Below are positions 37,581 to 47,626 of a stretch of 64,000 bases of DNA, one piece after another. Made by a program: the position numbers and the translations under genes. Source of the stretch: Acholeplasmataceae bacterium. Lineage in GTDB: Bacteria > Bacillota_I > Bacilli_A > ML615J-28 > CAG-698. How positions within the stretch are numbered: position 1 is the first letter of the stretch; the number at the start of each line of letters is the position of its first letter. The DNA lies in the NCBI GenBank assembly GCA_012838705.1, contig DUOT01000109.1, forward strand, positions 8,578-72,577, in the 5' to 3' direction. The notes beneath the pieces are model-generated. The model was not told where the DNA came from and did no database searches. It saw only the letters and a list, made by a program, of their open reading frames with translations.

Positions 37581-38597
37581 ATGGATTTAAAAAATTTAGA
37601 ATTAGAAGCGATTAAAGCTATTGAAGAAGTAAATTCGATTCATAAGCTTAATGAAGTTAAGTCTATATTTTTAGGTAAGAAAAGTAAACTTCAAGAAGTT
37701 ATGAAGAGAATGAAAGATTTATCAATTGAAGAAAAGAAAGCATTAGGAATTGAAATCAATCAGTATAAAAATAAAATTGAAACATTGATTAATGAAAAGA
37801 AAGAAAAGTTAGATCAAGAAGAAGTCTTAAAAAAATTAGAAAGCGAAGCAATTGATGTAACTTTACCAGGAAAAAAGTTTAGTCGCGGAAAACTTCATCC
37901 GTTAACACAAGTACAACAAGAAATTGAAGAAATATTTATTGGTATGGGATATAGGGTTGCTGAAGGACCAGAAGTTGAACTTGATTTATATAATTTCGAG
38001 ATGCTAAATATTCCAAAAGGTCATCCGGCACGAGAAATGCAAGATACATTCTATATTGATGAAAATACATTACTACGTACTCATACCTCTCCTGTACAAG
38101 TAAGGACATTACTGAAAGCTAAAGGTGCACCGATAAAGATTATTTGTCCAGGGAAGACATATCGTCGTGATGAAGATGATTCAACACATTCACATCAATT
38201 TAGCCAAATTGAAGGTTTAGTTGTTGATAAAAATATTACAATGTCAGATTTAAAAGGTACTTTAACTTTTCTATTACAAAAACTATTTGGAGAACATAGA
38301 AATATTCGCCTTCGTCCATCATTTTTCCCATTTGTGGAACCGGGAGTTGAAGTAGATGTTAGTTGCTTCAAATGTGATGGAAAAGGATGCTCGCTTTGTA
38401 AAGGCAGTGGATGGATTGAAATTCTTGGAGCGGGAATGGTTCATCCAAGGGTATTAGAAATGAGTGGATATGATCCGAAAATATATCAAGGATTTGCACT
38501 TGGTATGGGAATTGAAAGAATAACAATGCTGAAATATGGAATTGATGATATTCGTGACTTTTACCAAAACGATATTCGATTCTTAAATCAATTCTAG
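37581..38597 (+). CDS. pheS: Phenylalanine--tRNA ligase alpha subunit
   Basis: Class II aaRS motifs, [12 protein letters not shown], and position before pheT. RBS GGAGG. Confidence 0.95.
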   Translation: MDLKNLELEAIKAIEEVNSIHKLNEVKSIFLGKKSKLQEVMKRMKDLSIEEKKALGIEINQYKNKIETLINEKKEKLDQEEVLKKLESEAIDVTLPGKKFSRGKLHPLTQVQQEIEEIFIGMGYRVAEGPEVELDLYNFEMLNIPKGHPAREMQDTFYIDENTLLRTHTSPVQVRTLLKAKGAPIKIICPGKTYRRDEDDSTHSHQFSQIEGLVVDKNITMSDLKGTLTFLLQKLFGEHRNIRLRPSFFPFVEPGVEVDVSCFKCDGKGCSLCKGSGWIEILGAGMVHPRVLEMSGYDPKIYQGFALGMGIERITMLKYGIDDIRDFYQNDIRFLNQF

Positions 38598-38606
38598 GAG
38601 GTTATA

Positions 38607-40991
38607 ATGAACGTAAATTTAAAATGGTTAAATGAACTTGTTGATATACAAAATATTCCGATAAATGATATTGTTAATACCTTATCACTTCATGCAGTAG
38701 AAGTTGAAGGATTTGGAAAATTAATCGAAGCAAATAATATTGTTGTTGGACATGTTCTTACAAAAGAGCTTCATCCAAATAGTGATCATTTAAGTTTACT
38801 TACAGTTGATGTAGGTAATGAAATTTTAGAAATAGTATGTGGAGCACCGAATGTAGAAGCAGGTCAATATGTTATCGTTGCATTAGAAGGTGCTGTCCTT
38901 CCTGGTGGCTTTAAAATAAAAAGATCAAAAATTAGAGGAATTTATTCTAATGGAATGGTATGTTCTTTACAAGAATTAGGTATTGAAAAAAAATATGTTA
39001 GTGAAGAATATGTAGATGGAATTTTCTATTTTAAAGAGCCTCAAGAAATAGGTATCGATGCAACAAAAGCATTGTATTTAGATGATTTTATTATTAATAT
39101 TGATATTACTCCTAACCGTGGAGATTTGCTTTCAATGCTTGGTGTTGCAATTGAATTTAGTGCATTATTCAATCGTCCATTAAAACGATTGGCTTATGAC
39201 TTAGTAAAAACAAAAGCAACAAGTGGAGATAAAATTAAAGTTGAAATTAAGACAGATAAGTGTAATACGTATTATGCACAGCTTATAAAGGATGTTAAGA
39301 TAAAAGAATCACCACAATGGCTAATTTCGCGTCTAATCGCGTTTGGTATTAGACCGATTAATAACTGTGTCGATATTACAAACTACATTCTCGCGCTATT
39401 TGGACAGCCTTTACACGCTTTTGACTATGATGTTCTTGGTAATGAAATTGTTATAAGAAATGCAAATGAAAATGAGTCAATGACAACTTTAGACGGAATT
39501 AAGCGAGATTTACTACCAAGTGACATTGTTATTACAGATGGTAAAAGGCCTGTCGCACTTGCTGGTGTTATGGGTGGATTAGATACTGAAATAACAGAAA
39601 GAACAAAAAACATTGTTATTGAAGCAGCTGTTTTTGATCCACTAACAATTCGTAAAACATCATCACGATTAGGATTAAGAAGTGAATCATCATATCGGTT
39701 TGAACGTGGAGTTGATTTAAATCGGACAAAACTTGCTTTAGATTATGCATGTTATTTATTCCAAACATTAGCTGATGGAAAAGTAGTCGATGAAGTTAAT
39801 TTTGATGGAATTGTAAAGTTGCCTGATAAAGAAATAGTTGTTACTGAAAAGGATGTAGAAAATTTATTAGGAATAAAGATTCCTCAAGATACTATCAATA
39901 AATTACTTACCTCTTTAGGATTTACTGTTGCGGGAAATAAAGTATATGTTCCTAACCGTAGAAGTGATATTAATATTAAAGAAGATTTAATCGAAGAAAT
40001 TGGAAGATTATATGGTTATGATAAACTTCTATCAACACTTCCAAAAGATGATATGGTCGGAGAATTTACGATATCGCAAAAAAATATTCGAAATATTAAA
40101 ATGCTTCTTTCTAATATAGGTTTAAATGAAGTAGTAACATATTCTTTGGTAAGCAAAAACAAACTAAATGAGTTTAATTTATTAGTAGAAGAAAATGCCA
40201 GCTCAATTTCACTGTTAATGCCACTATCTGAAGAGCATGAATATTTTCGCTATAGTTTAGTTCCTTCATTAATTGATGTTTGCAAATATAACTTTTCAAG
40301 AAAAAATACGAACTTAGCATTATTTGAAATTGGTAATATATATTATAAAGATGAAGAAACTAAAGAAAACTTACATCTTGCTGGTGTAATGGCCAATGAG
40401 TTTTCTAATACATTATGGGATAAAAAACAAGAAGTAGTTGATTTTTATCTAGTTAAGGGTGTATTAGATTTAGTGTTTTCAAAACTTGGTATTGATGTAG
40501 AATATAGAGCATTAACTAAGGATGTAAAAGAACTTCATCCGAAACGAACAGCAGAAATAGTTTATAATGATAAAATTATAGGCTACTTAGGAGCTATACA
40601 TCCGCAATATGCAATTGAAAATGACTTGGAAGGAGTATATGTTTTTGAAATAAATCTTGAAAATATTATTAATCAAGAACCTAAGCATATAATGTATAAA
40701 AAAGTATCGAAACTTCCAAGTGTTGAAAGAGATATTGCAATTGTTTTAAAACGTGATATTCCAGCATCAAAAGTACTGTCAGTAATAAAAAATGCGGAAA
40801 GAAATATTTTAGAAGATGCTGTGATATTTGATGTTTATGAAGGTGAGCATGTAAAAGAGGATGAAAAATCAATTGCATGCAAATTGAAATTTACATCAAG
40901 TGTTGCTCTAACAGATGAAGAAATAAACTCAAAAGTTAATCGAATTGTTAAGAGTTTAGAATATCATTTAGGAGCTACATTAAGAGGATAA
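38607..40991 (+). CDS. pheT: Phenylalanine--tRNA ligase beta subunit
   Basis: 794 aa. tRNA-binding N-terminal domain, B3/4, B5 and FDX-ACB domains in order. Confidence 0.95.
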   Translation: MNVNLKWLNELVDIQNIPINDIVNTLSLHAVEVEGFGKLIEANNIVVGHVLTKELHPNSDHLSLLTVDVGNEILEIVCGAPNVEAGQYVIVALEGAVLPGGFKIKRSKIRGIYSNGMVCSLQELGIEKKYVSEEYVDGIFYFKEPQEIGIDATKALYLDDFIINIDITPNRGDLLSMLGVAIEFSALFNRPLKRLAYDLVKTKATSGDKIKVEIKTDKCNTYYAQLIKDVKIKESPQWLISRLIAFGIRPINNCVDITNYILALFGQPLHAFDYDVLGNEIVIRNANENESMTTLDGIKRDLLPSDIVITDGKRPVALAGVMGGLDTEITERTKNIVIEAAVFDPLTIRKTSSRLGLRSESSYRFERGVDLNRTKLALDYACYLFQTLADGKVVDEVNFDGIVKLPDKEIVVTEKDVENLLGIKIPQDTINKLLTSLGFTVAGNKVYVPNRRSDINIKEDLIEEIGRLYGYDKLLSTLPKDDMVGEFTISQKNIRNIKMLLSNIGLNEVVTYSLVSKNKLNEFNLLVEENASSISLLMPLSEEHEYFRYSLVPSLIDVCKYNFSRKNTNLALFEIGNIYYKDEETKENLHLAGVMANEFSNTLWDKKQEVVDFYLVKGVLDLVFSKLGIDVEYRALTKDVKELHPKRTAEIVYNDKIIGYLGAIHPQYAIENDLEGVYVFEINLENIINQEPKHIMYKKVSKLPSVERDIAIVLKRDIPASKVLSVIKNAERNILEDAVIFDVYEGEHVKEDEKSIACKLKFTSSVALTDEEINSKVNRIVKSLEYHLGATLRG

Positions 40992-41013
40992 GTGCTAGAA
41001 ATAGCACTTTTTT
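40991..41013 (+). terminator. pheT terminator
   Basis: AGTGCTA-gaaa-TAGCACT followed by T6. Confidence 0.55.
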
Positions 41014-41016
41014 AAA

Positions 41017-41045
41017 TAAAAAAGTACTTAAATAAATTTAAGTAC
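41017..41045 (-). terminator. ispH terminator; hairpin overlaps the stop codon
   Basis: GTACTTAAA-taaa-TTTAAGTAC with a T-run on the minus strand. Confidence 0.45.
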
Positions 41046-41922
41046 GATAGTTTAAATAATCATGATCAGTAAGTTTAGTATTAAAATCTTTAGTTTTAAT
41101 TGCATCAATAATTTCATTTACAATCGCAGGTGGTGTTGATGCACCAGCTGTAATCGCTACTTTATTAATGCCTTCAAAATTAATATTTTTTAAATCTAAT
41201 GTATTTTCAATCATTACTGTCTTGCGATTCATTTTCTCGCAAATTTCTCGTAATTTATTAGTATTATTGCTTGTAGGGTCGCCAACAATAATATATAGAT
41301 CAGCATCAACTGTTTCGATTAGTGCGTTTTGACGAAGTTTAGTAGCAGTACATACTTCTTCATAAGTTTCAATATGAGGATATTTTAACTTTAATTTTTC
41401 AATTATTTTTAATACGTCTGAATAACCCATAGTAGTTTGTGTAGCAAATGCAAGTTTTAAGTTATTAATATTTAAATTATCAATATCATTTATAGATTCA
41501 ATTAAGTTGATTTTATCACTAATTCCTAAAATACCTTTTGTTTCTGGGTGTTTACTCTTACCGTAAAGAATAATGTCATAACCTTCATCTAGTTTTTTCT
41601 GAATTAAATCATGTGTTTTTAAAACATCAAAACAGGTTGCATTAATAATATCAAGGCCACGGTCTTTAATTTCCTTAATTATTTTTTTACTAATTCCATG
41701 GGCAGTTATTATAATTGTACCATTATGTATATTATCGATAGAATCGATAATTATAATTCCTTTGTTTTTATATGCATTAATAATATGTTTATTATGAACT
41801 AATCCCCCAAGCATATATATTGGTCTTTTAATATTAGGGTTTTCTAACGCTTTATTTATAATTGCAATAGCGCGAATTACACCTTTACAAAAACCTTGGG
41901 GAGTTATTTTTACTATTTCCAC
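41038..41922 (-). CDS. ispH: 4-hydroxy-3-methylbut-2-enyl diphosphate reductase (IspH/LytB)
   Basis: VEIVKITPQGFCKGV N-terminus. GTG start preferred over the longer ORF-track start (41967). Confidence 0.85.
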   Translation of the reverse strand: MEIVKITPQGFCKGVIRAIAIINKALENPNIKRPIYMLGGLVHNKHIINAYKNKGIIIIDSIDNIHNGTIIITAHGISKKIIKEIKDRGLDIINATCFDVLKTHDLIQKKLDEGYDIILYGKSKHPETKGILGISDKINLIESINDIDNLNINNLKLAFATQTTMGYSDVLKIIEKLKLKYPHIETYEEVCTATKLRQNALIETVDADLYIIVGDPTSNNTNKLREICEKMNRKTVMIENTLDLKNINFEGINKVAITAGASTPPAIVNEIIDAIKTKDFNTKLTDHDYLNYRT

Positions 41923-42053
41923 ATAAATCACCGATAATATTATAACAAAGATATACAAAAAAACCAAGGATTATGATTATATAAAAAAGGTTTGAGTAAT
42001 TATCTAAAATATTGTATAATATAAAATGAAGGTAGCAAATAGAAAGGAACTAT

Positions 42054-42620
42054 ATGAAAAAGTTATGGGAATTATTCATTACTTTCTTTAAAATCGGCCT
42101 TTTTACCTTTGGTGGTGGGCTGGCAATGATTCCTCATGTCCAGCACGAGGTTGTACAAAAGAAGAAATGGATTACAGATGATGAAATGCTAGATATGATT
42201 GCAATTGCTGAATCAACTCCAGGAGTAATTGCTGTTAATACAGCAACGTATGTAGGCTATAGAGTCGGTAAATTCTGGGGTAGCTTAGTAGCAACAATCG
42301 GAGTAGTTATTCCTTCGGTTATTATAATTTGTATTATTTCAGTATTTTTTAATCGTTTTTCTGAAAACAAGGTAATAATGGCAATATTTAATGGAATAAG
42401 AGTTGGAGTACTTTATTTGATTTTTAATGCTGGATTAAAAATTTATAAAAAAACTCATAAAACATTAATTTCATACTTTATTATTTTACTAGCATTAGTC
42501 TTAAGCATTACAAAAATATTTGACTCAATTTTTATTATTTTAATTGGTGCTAGTATAGGAATAATATCACAAATAATAATGCCAAGAATAAAGAAAGTAG
42601 AAATGCAAGATGATAATTAA
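42054..42620 (+). CDS. chrA: Chromate transporter family protein, half 1 of a split ChrA pair
   Basis: FKIGLFTFGGGLAMIPHV..ESTPGVIAVNTATYVGY. Confidence 0.75.
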   Translation: MKKLWELFITFFKIGLFTFGGGLAMIPHVQHEVVQKKKWITDDEMLDMIAIAESTPGVIAVNTATYVGYRVGKFWGSLVATIGVVIPSVIIICIISVFFNRFSENKVIMAIFNGIRVGVLYLIFNAGLKIYKKTHKTLISYFIILLALVLSITKIFDSIFIILIGASIGIISQIIMPRIKKVEMQDDN

Positions 42621-43170
42621 ATTATTAGAACTATTTGGTAACTTCTTTTTAATAGGTTTATTTACTATTGGCGGCGGATATGCGATGATTCCAATGATTG
42701 AGGATGTAGTCGTCGGCAAAGGGTGGTTAACGTATGATGAGTTAATTAACTTCTTTGCGATTGCGGAATCAACGCCAGGACCATTCGCGGTAAATACTGC
42801 AACACTTGTTGGATTTAATCAAATACCGGAAGCGCCAATTTTAGGTGCAATTGTAACAACAACTGCAGTTATATTACCATCGTTTATAATTATTTTAATA
42901 ATAGCAATCTTTGTAAATAATTTCTTGCAGAAGAAAACTATTAGATGGGCTTTAGATGGAATCAAAGCAACAGTAGTTGGACTAATTTTTGCGGTTGTTT
43001 ATTCGCTTTTTGTAACTTTAAAGTCAGATGAATCACTAAATATTTATTATTCATTAATTATTTTAGGAACAATTATTGCTCTGAAATTGATCTTTAAAAA
43101 GAAAATTGGTCCGATTCCAATAATTATAATATCTGGCTTTTTAGGATTTATATTTTATTATTTAATATAA
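42610..43170 (+). CDS. chrA: Chromate transporter family protein, half 2
   Basis: Paralogous repeat: FLIGLFTIGGGYAMIPMI..ESTPGPFAVNTATLVGF. Confidence 0.75.
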   Translation: MIIKLLELFGNFFLIGLFTIGGGYAMIPMIEDVVVGKGWLTYDELINFFAIAESTPGPFAVNTATLVGFNQIPEAPILGAIVTTTAVILPSFIIILIIAIFVNNFLQKKTIRWALDGIKATVVGLIFAVVYSLFVTLKSDESLNIYYSLIILGTIIALKLIFKKKIGPIPIIIISGFLGFIFYYLI

Positions 43171-43183
43171 AAAAGGGGAAGTT

Positions 43184-44050
43184 ATGGATTACAAAATTAA
43201 AAATCAGTATTTAGAGTTAACTGTTAGTAGTCAAGGGGCGGAAAAAAGAGCATTAAAATCATCAAAGGTTAATTACCTACGCGATGTTGATCAATTTTGG
43301 GATCGAATAGCACCATTTCTATTTCCGAATGTCGGTTCTTTGCGTGATGGATATACAATTATTAATAATGAAAAGTATTACTTAAATCAACATGGATTTT
43401 TACGTGATCAAGAATTTGAAGTACTTAATCACAAGGAAGATGAAATAAGTCTAGTTAATGTCTATAATGAAAAGACTTTAGAAAAATATCCATTTAAATA
43501 TAAAGTAATTGTGACATATCAACTTATTGATAAAACATTAATTACTCAAATTGATATTCACAATGAAGATGACAAAGATATGATATTTAATATAGGTGGC
43601 CATCCAGGGTTTAGATGTCCTTTATATCCTGATGAGAAATTCGAAGATTATCGATTAGTATTCGAAAAACCTGAATCTTTTTCATCACCAAAAGTTGAAA
43701 AGAACGCAACACTCAATTTTTATGAACCTGCTGCGAAATTTTCAAAATTACAAGAATTAAGATTAAAATATGATCTTTTCCAAAATGATGCCATAGTAAT
43801 TCCAAGAATAAAATCAAAATTTGTAAAACTAGTTAATGATAAAAATTTAGGAATAAAGTTTGATTTTCAAGGTTTTGTATCTCTTGGTATTTGGACTAAA
43901 CCAAATGCACCATTTATTTGTTTAGAACCTTGGATAGGTTATGCTGATCGTTTTGATACTGATCATGAGTTTATAAATAAAGATAATATTATTACTTTAC
44001 CTTCTTTAGCAGTTCATACTGTTAAATATAAAATTACAATTATAGATTAA
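43184..44050 (+). CDS. Aldose 1-epimerase family protein (LacX/YihR-like)
   Basis: GGHPGF motif and a mutarotase-like length. Confidence 0.55.
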   Translation: MDYKIKNQYLELTVSSQGAEKRALKSSKVNYLRDVDQFWDRIAPFLFPNVGSLRDGYTIINNEKYYLNQHGFLRDQEFEVLNHKEDEISLVNVYNEKTLEKYPFKYKVIVTYQLIDKTLITQIDIHNEDDKDMIFNIGGHPGFRCPLYPDEKFEDYRLVFEKPESFSSPKVEKNATLNFYEPAAKFSKLQELRLKYDLFQNDAIVIPRIKSKFVKLVNDKNLGIKFDFQGFVSLGIWTKPNAPFICLEPWIGYADRFDTDHEFINKDNIITLPSLAVHTVKYKITIID

Positions 44051-44062
44051 AGGAGATTTTTT

Positions 44063-44620
44063 ATGATTTCAACAAGCGATTTTAAAACAGGAATGACAAT
44101 TGAATATGAAGGCAATATTTATCAAATTTTAGAGTTCCAACATGTAAAACCGGGGAAAGGTCAAGCATACGTTCGTACTAAGCTTCGTAACTTACGTACT
44201 GGTGCTAATATCGATTATACATTTAGTGCTGGTGAGAAAATGGAACAAGCAATGATAGAAAAACGTAAAATGCAATATTTATATTCAACTGGTGAAGCTT
44301 ATTCATTTATGGATATGGATACTTTCGAACAAATTGATATTCCTGCTGAACGTTTAGAATATGAAAAAGCATTTATGCTTGAAGGAATGGAAGTAACAAT
44401 TGTTGTTTTTCAAGGAGAAATTTTAGGTGTTAATTTACCGGAAAAAGTTGTTTTGGAAGTAACTGAATGTGCTCCTGGTGTTAAAGGTAATACTGCAGCA
44501 AATGCAACTAAGGATGCAATTTTGGAAACAGGACATCGCATATTAGTTCCGCTTTTTGTAGAGCAAGGCGATAAAATCATCGTTTCCACAATCGATGGAA
44601 AATATCATTCACGAGCATAA
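44063..44620 (+). CDS. efp: Elongation factor P
   Basis: MISTSDFKTGMTIEYEGNIYQILEFQHVKPGKGQAYVRTKLRN. Confidence 0.95.
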   Translation: MISTSDFKTGMTIEYEGNIYQILEFQHVKPGKGQAYVRTKLRNLRTGANIDYTFSAGEKMEQAMIEKRKMQYLYSTGEAYSFMDMDTFEQIDIPAERLEYEKAFMLEGMEVTIVVFQGEILGVNLPEKVVLEVTECAPGVKGNTAANATKDAILETGHRILVPLFVEQGDKIIVSTIDGKYHSRA

Positions 44621-44629
44621 GGTTAAATT

Positions 44630-45400
44630 ATGTTACTTTGCGTTGATGTAGGAAATACAAGTATAGTTTTCGGTGTCTATGATGATAAACTCATTGACAC
44701 TTTTCGCTTAGAAACAAAATTATTACGAACAGAAGATGAATATGGCCTTAAGATTATTGATAATCTTTCTTATATGAATATTAAAACAAGTGATATTGAT
44801 GGCCTTATTATTGCTTCTGTTGTTCCTGAGGTTGATGCAACTTTAGAACATGCATTTGTAAAGTATTTTAACTTGAAACCATTATTTGTAGAGACGGGAG
44901 TAAAAACAGGGATATCAGTAAGAATTGATAATCCAAGACAATTAGGTGCTGATTTATTAGTTGGTGCTGTCGCTAGTGTTAATAAATATGGAGCACCTTG
45001 TATTGTTGTTGATATGGGAACAGCAATCACTTTAAGTTATGTGAATGCGAAAAAGGAATTTTTAGGGGGAGTTATTTATCCTGGAATAGTTCCTGCATTT
45101 TCAAGCTTAATTAAAGCAACTTCATTATTAGAAGCTGCTAAACTAAAAGTTCCTGACAATATTATTGGTCGTGACACAAATCAATCAATCCAAAGTGGAA
45201 TGATTTATGGTACTGCTGGTGCAATTAATGGTATGGTAAAAAATATTTTTGAAGAATATGGAAAAGCAAAAGTAATTGTTACTGGTGGCTTAAGTAAATT
45301 TATTTTTCCATATTTAGAACATGATCCAATCTATGATGAGAACTTAGTCATGGATGGCTTAAAAATAATTTATGAAAAAAACTGTAAAAAAATGTTGTAA
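44630..45400 (+). CDS. coaX: Type III pantothenate kinase
   Basis: MLLCVDVGNTSIVFGVY with an ASKHA fold. Confidence 0.9.
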   Translation: MLLCVDVGNTSIVFGVYDDKLIDTFRLETKLLRTEDEYGLKIIDNLSYMNIKTSDIDGLIIASVVPEVDATLEHAFVKYFNLKPLFVETGVKTGISVRIDNPRQLGADLLVGAVASVNKYGAPCIVVDMGTAITLSYVNAKKEFLGGVIYPGIVPAFSSLIKATSLLEAAKLKVPDNIIGRDTNQSIQSGMIYGTAGAINGMVKNIFEEYGKAKVIVTGGLSKFIFPYLEHDPIYDENLVMDGLKIIYEKNCKKML

Positions 45401-45433
45401 TAAAAAAATCGCCCACTACATATGATGTAATGG
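45401..45433 (+). terminator. coaX terminator abutting the next RBS
   Basis: Imperfect hairpin ATCGCCCACTACAT/ATGTAATGGGTGAT followed by TTTT. Confidence 0.4.
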
Positions 45434-45763
45434 GTGATTTTAATGACAGATGATAATGGTCCATTATTGTTTATAAAATCTGTTAGCACCGAGGCAAAAG
45501 CACATAATCAAACTATTTTTGATAGTAGAAAACATATTATCAATAGTAAATTATCTGCTCGAGAGTATAATAAATTACTTAGAATAATAGAAATGTATAA
45601 GAAGAATCGACCGGTTTTGTGTAAGGTAGTTACTAAAAATCGTGTTGTGGAAGCAATCCCTTACCAATTAGATGACCGAATCTTATTATTGAAGACCCAA
45701 GATGGAAAGACAGAAAAACTTGATTCTTACTTAATTGAAAGTATTGAAATCATTAGTTTTTAG
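45434..45763 (+). CDS. Hypothetical protein, YolD-like pattern
   Basis: 109 aa. C-terminal pattern (REYNKLLRII..VVEAIPYQLDDRILLLKTQDG...IESIEII) resembles YolD-like proteins. Confidence 0.3.
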   Translation: MILMTDDNGPLLFIKSVSTEAKAHNQTIFDSRKHIINSKLSAREYNKLLRIIEMYKKNRPVLCKVVTKNRVVEAIPYQLDDRILLLKTQDGKTEKLDSYLIESIEIISF

Positions 45764-46185
45764 AATTCACAAACATCTTTTTCTTTAATACCTAATTTTA
45801 CAGGTTTGAAGCATTGAATACCACAAATGCAATCAACTTTAAGGATCGCTGTTAATTTTGTTGGTTTTAAGCATCCACCATCACGATCTAATAGTCTTAA
45901 TAATACGCAGCCATCTTTAATATCTTCAACGCGGAACACATTTGTTGTTTCGCTGAATACATCTAAGAATGCTGTGAATTTTGCATCGTTAGCAAGTGTT
46001 AGCATTACAGGACGTGTATCAAATGCTTTCATGATTAGCGGACCAGTACAGCCTACACAATCGTCATCAATAAAAGCTTCCTTTTGAATTTGGTCAATCT
46101 TCTTTAAAACTCGTAGAATACAATCAGTATCACGATGTTTATCATATCTGTTATCGTAATAATTATTTACTCTTTCACATGACAT
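45760..46185 (-). CDS. CotZ/CotY-family spore coat protein
   Basis: Cys-rich. VFRVEDIKDGCVLLRLLDRDGGC parallels CotZ FFRVERVHGSCATLSLL. The minus-strand upstream region has CATATATTA, a sigma-K -10-like element. Confidence 0.55.
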   Translation of the reverse strand: MSCERVNNYYDNRYDKHRDTDCILRVLKKIDQIQKEAFIDDDCVGCTGPLIMKAFDTRPVMLTLANDAKFTAFLDVFSETTNVFRVEDIKDGCVLLRLLDRDGGCLKPTKLTAILKVDCICGIQCFKPVKLGIKEKDVCEF

Positions 46186-46249
46186 TAAAAATCACCTCGC
46201 TTTCAATTTTAATATATGAAGATTGACAATATATGTATAGTCTATAACA

Positions 46250-46284
46250 CAAAAAGATGATGGGATTTCATCATCTTTCATTTT
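46250..46284. terminator. Bidirectional terminator after uppP
   Basis: AAGATGATG-ggattt-CATCATCTT with flanking A and T runs. Confidence 0.5.
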
Positions 46285-46290
46285 TTATTT

Positions 46291-47121
46291 TTATTTAATT
46301 AAAGCGAGATAAAATAATACAGCTAACGATACAGTAAGGCAATAATAGCCGAAGTATCGCAAGTTGTTTTTTTGTACTAGTTTAAAAAAGTATTTAATAG
46401 CATAGTAAGTACCAAAAATACTTACAACGAATGCTCCGAGGTATCCGGGAATATAAGTAGTACTAGCATCAAAGTCAAGTAAACCTAATAGTAGCGAGGC
46501 AAGGCTAATAGGTATATACATCATAAAAGAAAATCTTAAGGCTGCATTTAAATCGGTTTTATTTAATACCCCTATGCTTGTCGTTGATCCGGAGCGAGAT
46601 ATTCCTGGAAAAAGTCCTATGATTTGAGCAAGTCCCATAAGGATACTAGTTTTTAAAGTGATTTTTTTATAATGAGCATTTTTTGCTTGATTGTGGATAA
46701 ACAAAAGTAATAATCCAGTTATAAATAAGCATATTCCAACTGATAATAAAGAAGAGAAAGTATTATCAATCACATCTTTTAGAAGTAACCCGGCAATACC
46801 TGCTGGTATTGTTGCAACTATAACTAATAAGCAGTATAAAAAATCATCTTTCTTTTCTTTGTCTTTTTGAAAAATAAATCTAAATGCTCCACCTATTATA
46901 TCTTTTAAGAAAAGACGATAATAGAAGATGATTGCTAGTAGTGAACCAAAATTTACAAAAATATCAAAATTGATATCTCCTTCAAGATGAAGTCCAAATA
47001 TAGATTTGAATATTTGGAGGTGGCCACTTGATGATATTGGTAATGGTTCTGTAATTCCTTGGATGAGTCCTAGTAAAATATATTTTATAAAATTATTTAT
47101 TTCAAGAAACACTAATATCAC
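46291..47121 (-). CDS. uppP: Undecaprenyl-diphosphatase
   Basis: GITEPLPISSSGHL and an eight-TM BacA pattern. Confidence 0.9.
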   Translation of the reverse strand: MILVFLEINNFIKYILLGLIQGITEPLPISSSGHLQIFKSIFGLHLEGDINFDIFVNFGSLLAIIFYYRLFLKDIIGGAFRFIFQKDKEKKDDFLYCLLVIVATIPAGIAGLLLKDVIDNTFSSLLSVGICLFITGLLLLFIHNQAKNAHYKKITLKTSILMGLAQIIGLFPGISRSGSTTSIGVLNKTDLNAALRFSFMMYIPISLASLLLGLLDFDASTTYIPGYLGAFVVSIFGTYYAIKYFFKLVQKNNLRYFGYYCLTVSLAVLFYLALIK

Positions 47122-47226
47122 CTCTAATAGTATAAGTATATCATAAAAGTATAAATAAGAATACGTTTTTTTATTTAAATTTATTTTTTTTGTGTTATAA
47201 TAAAGAAAAAGTAATGAAAGGAGTTC

Positions 47227-47613
47227 TTGCTTGCAAGAAAAGAAATTATGATTTATTTAGCTATTGAAAATGCATTATTATATTTAATATTAGTTCCAAT
47301 AGCAATAATATTTATTTTAATTATTGTTGCTTTTGTATTGAGAATTAAAAAGTATAATCAGTTAAAAAAGGTTAGCGAAGAAGTTGTTGATTCCTTCCAG
47401 CAAAAAGAATTTCTTGATATTTATGGTGGACAGGACAATATTATTAATGTTAATCACGAAATGTCTAGAATAACAGTTGAAGTTAGAAGTGTTGAAAAAG
47501 TAAATTTAGAAAAATTACAAGAATTTGGTGCTAAAGGAGTATTAGTAACTGGAAATACAGTTAAAGCTTCATTTGGAGATCGTGCACAATATATTTATAA
47601 ATTATTAAAATAG
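47227..47613 (+). CDS. Membrane-anchored PTS EIIB(Glc)-like domain protein lacking the phospho-Cys
   Basis: N-terminal TM helix. C-terminal YGGQDNIINVNHEMSRITVEV...FGAKGVLVTGNTVKASFG parallels the EIIB LGGKENI..DHCATRLR..GAKGV fold, with Cys replaced by Glu/Met. Confidence 0.4.
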   Translation: MLARKEIMIYLAIENALLYLILVPIAIIFILIIVAFVLRIKKYNQLKKVSEEVVDSFQQKEFLDIYGGQDNIINVNHEMSRITVEVRSVEKVNLEKLQEFGAKGVLVTGNTVKASFGDRAQYIYKLLK

Positions 47614-47626
47614 AAAGGTAAGTATT

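Noticed and set aside
41923-41967. Longer ispH start (MVFLYIFVIILSVIY...)
   Set aside because: Hydrophobic junk upstream of the conserved VEIVKITPQGFCKGV N-terminus. The GTG at 41922 is preferred.
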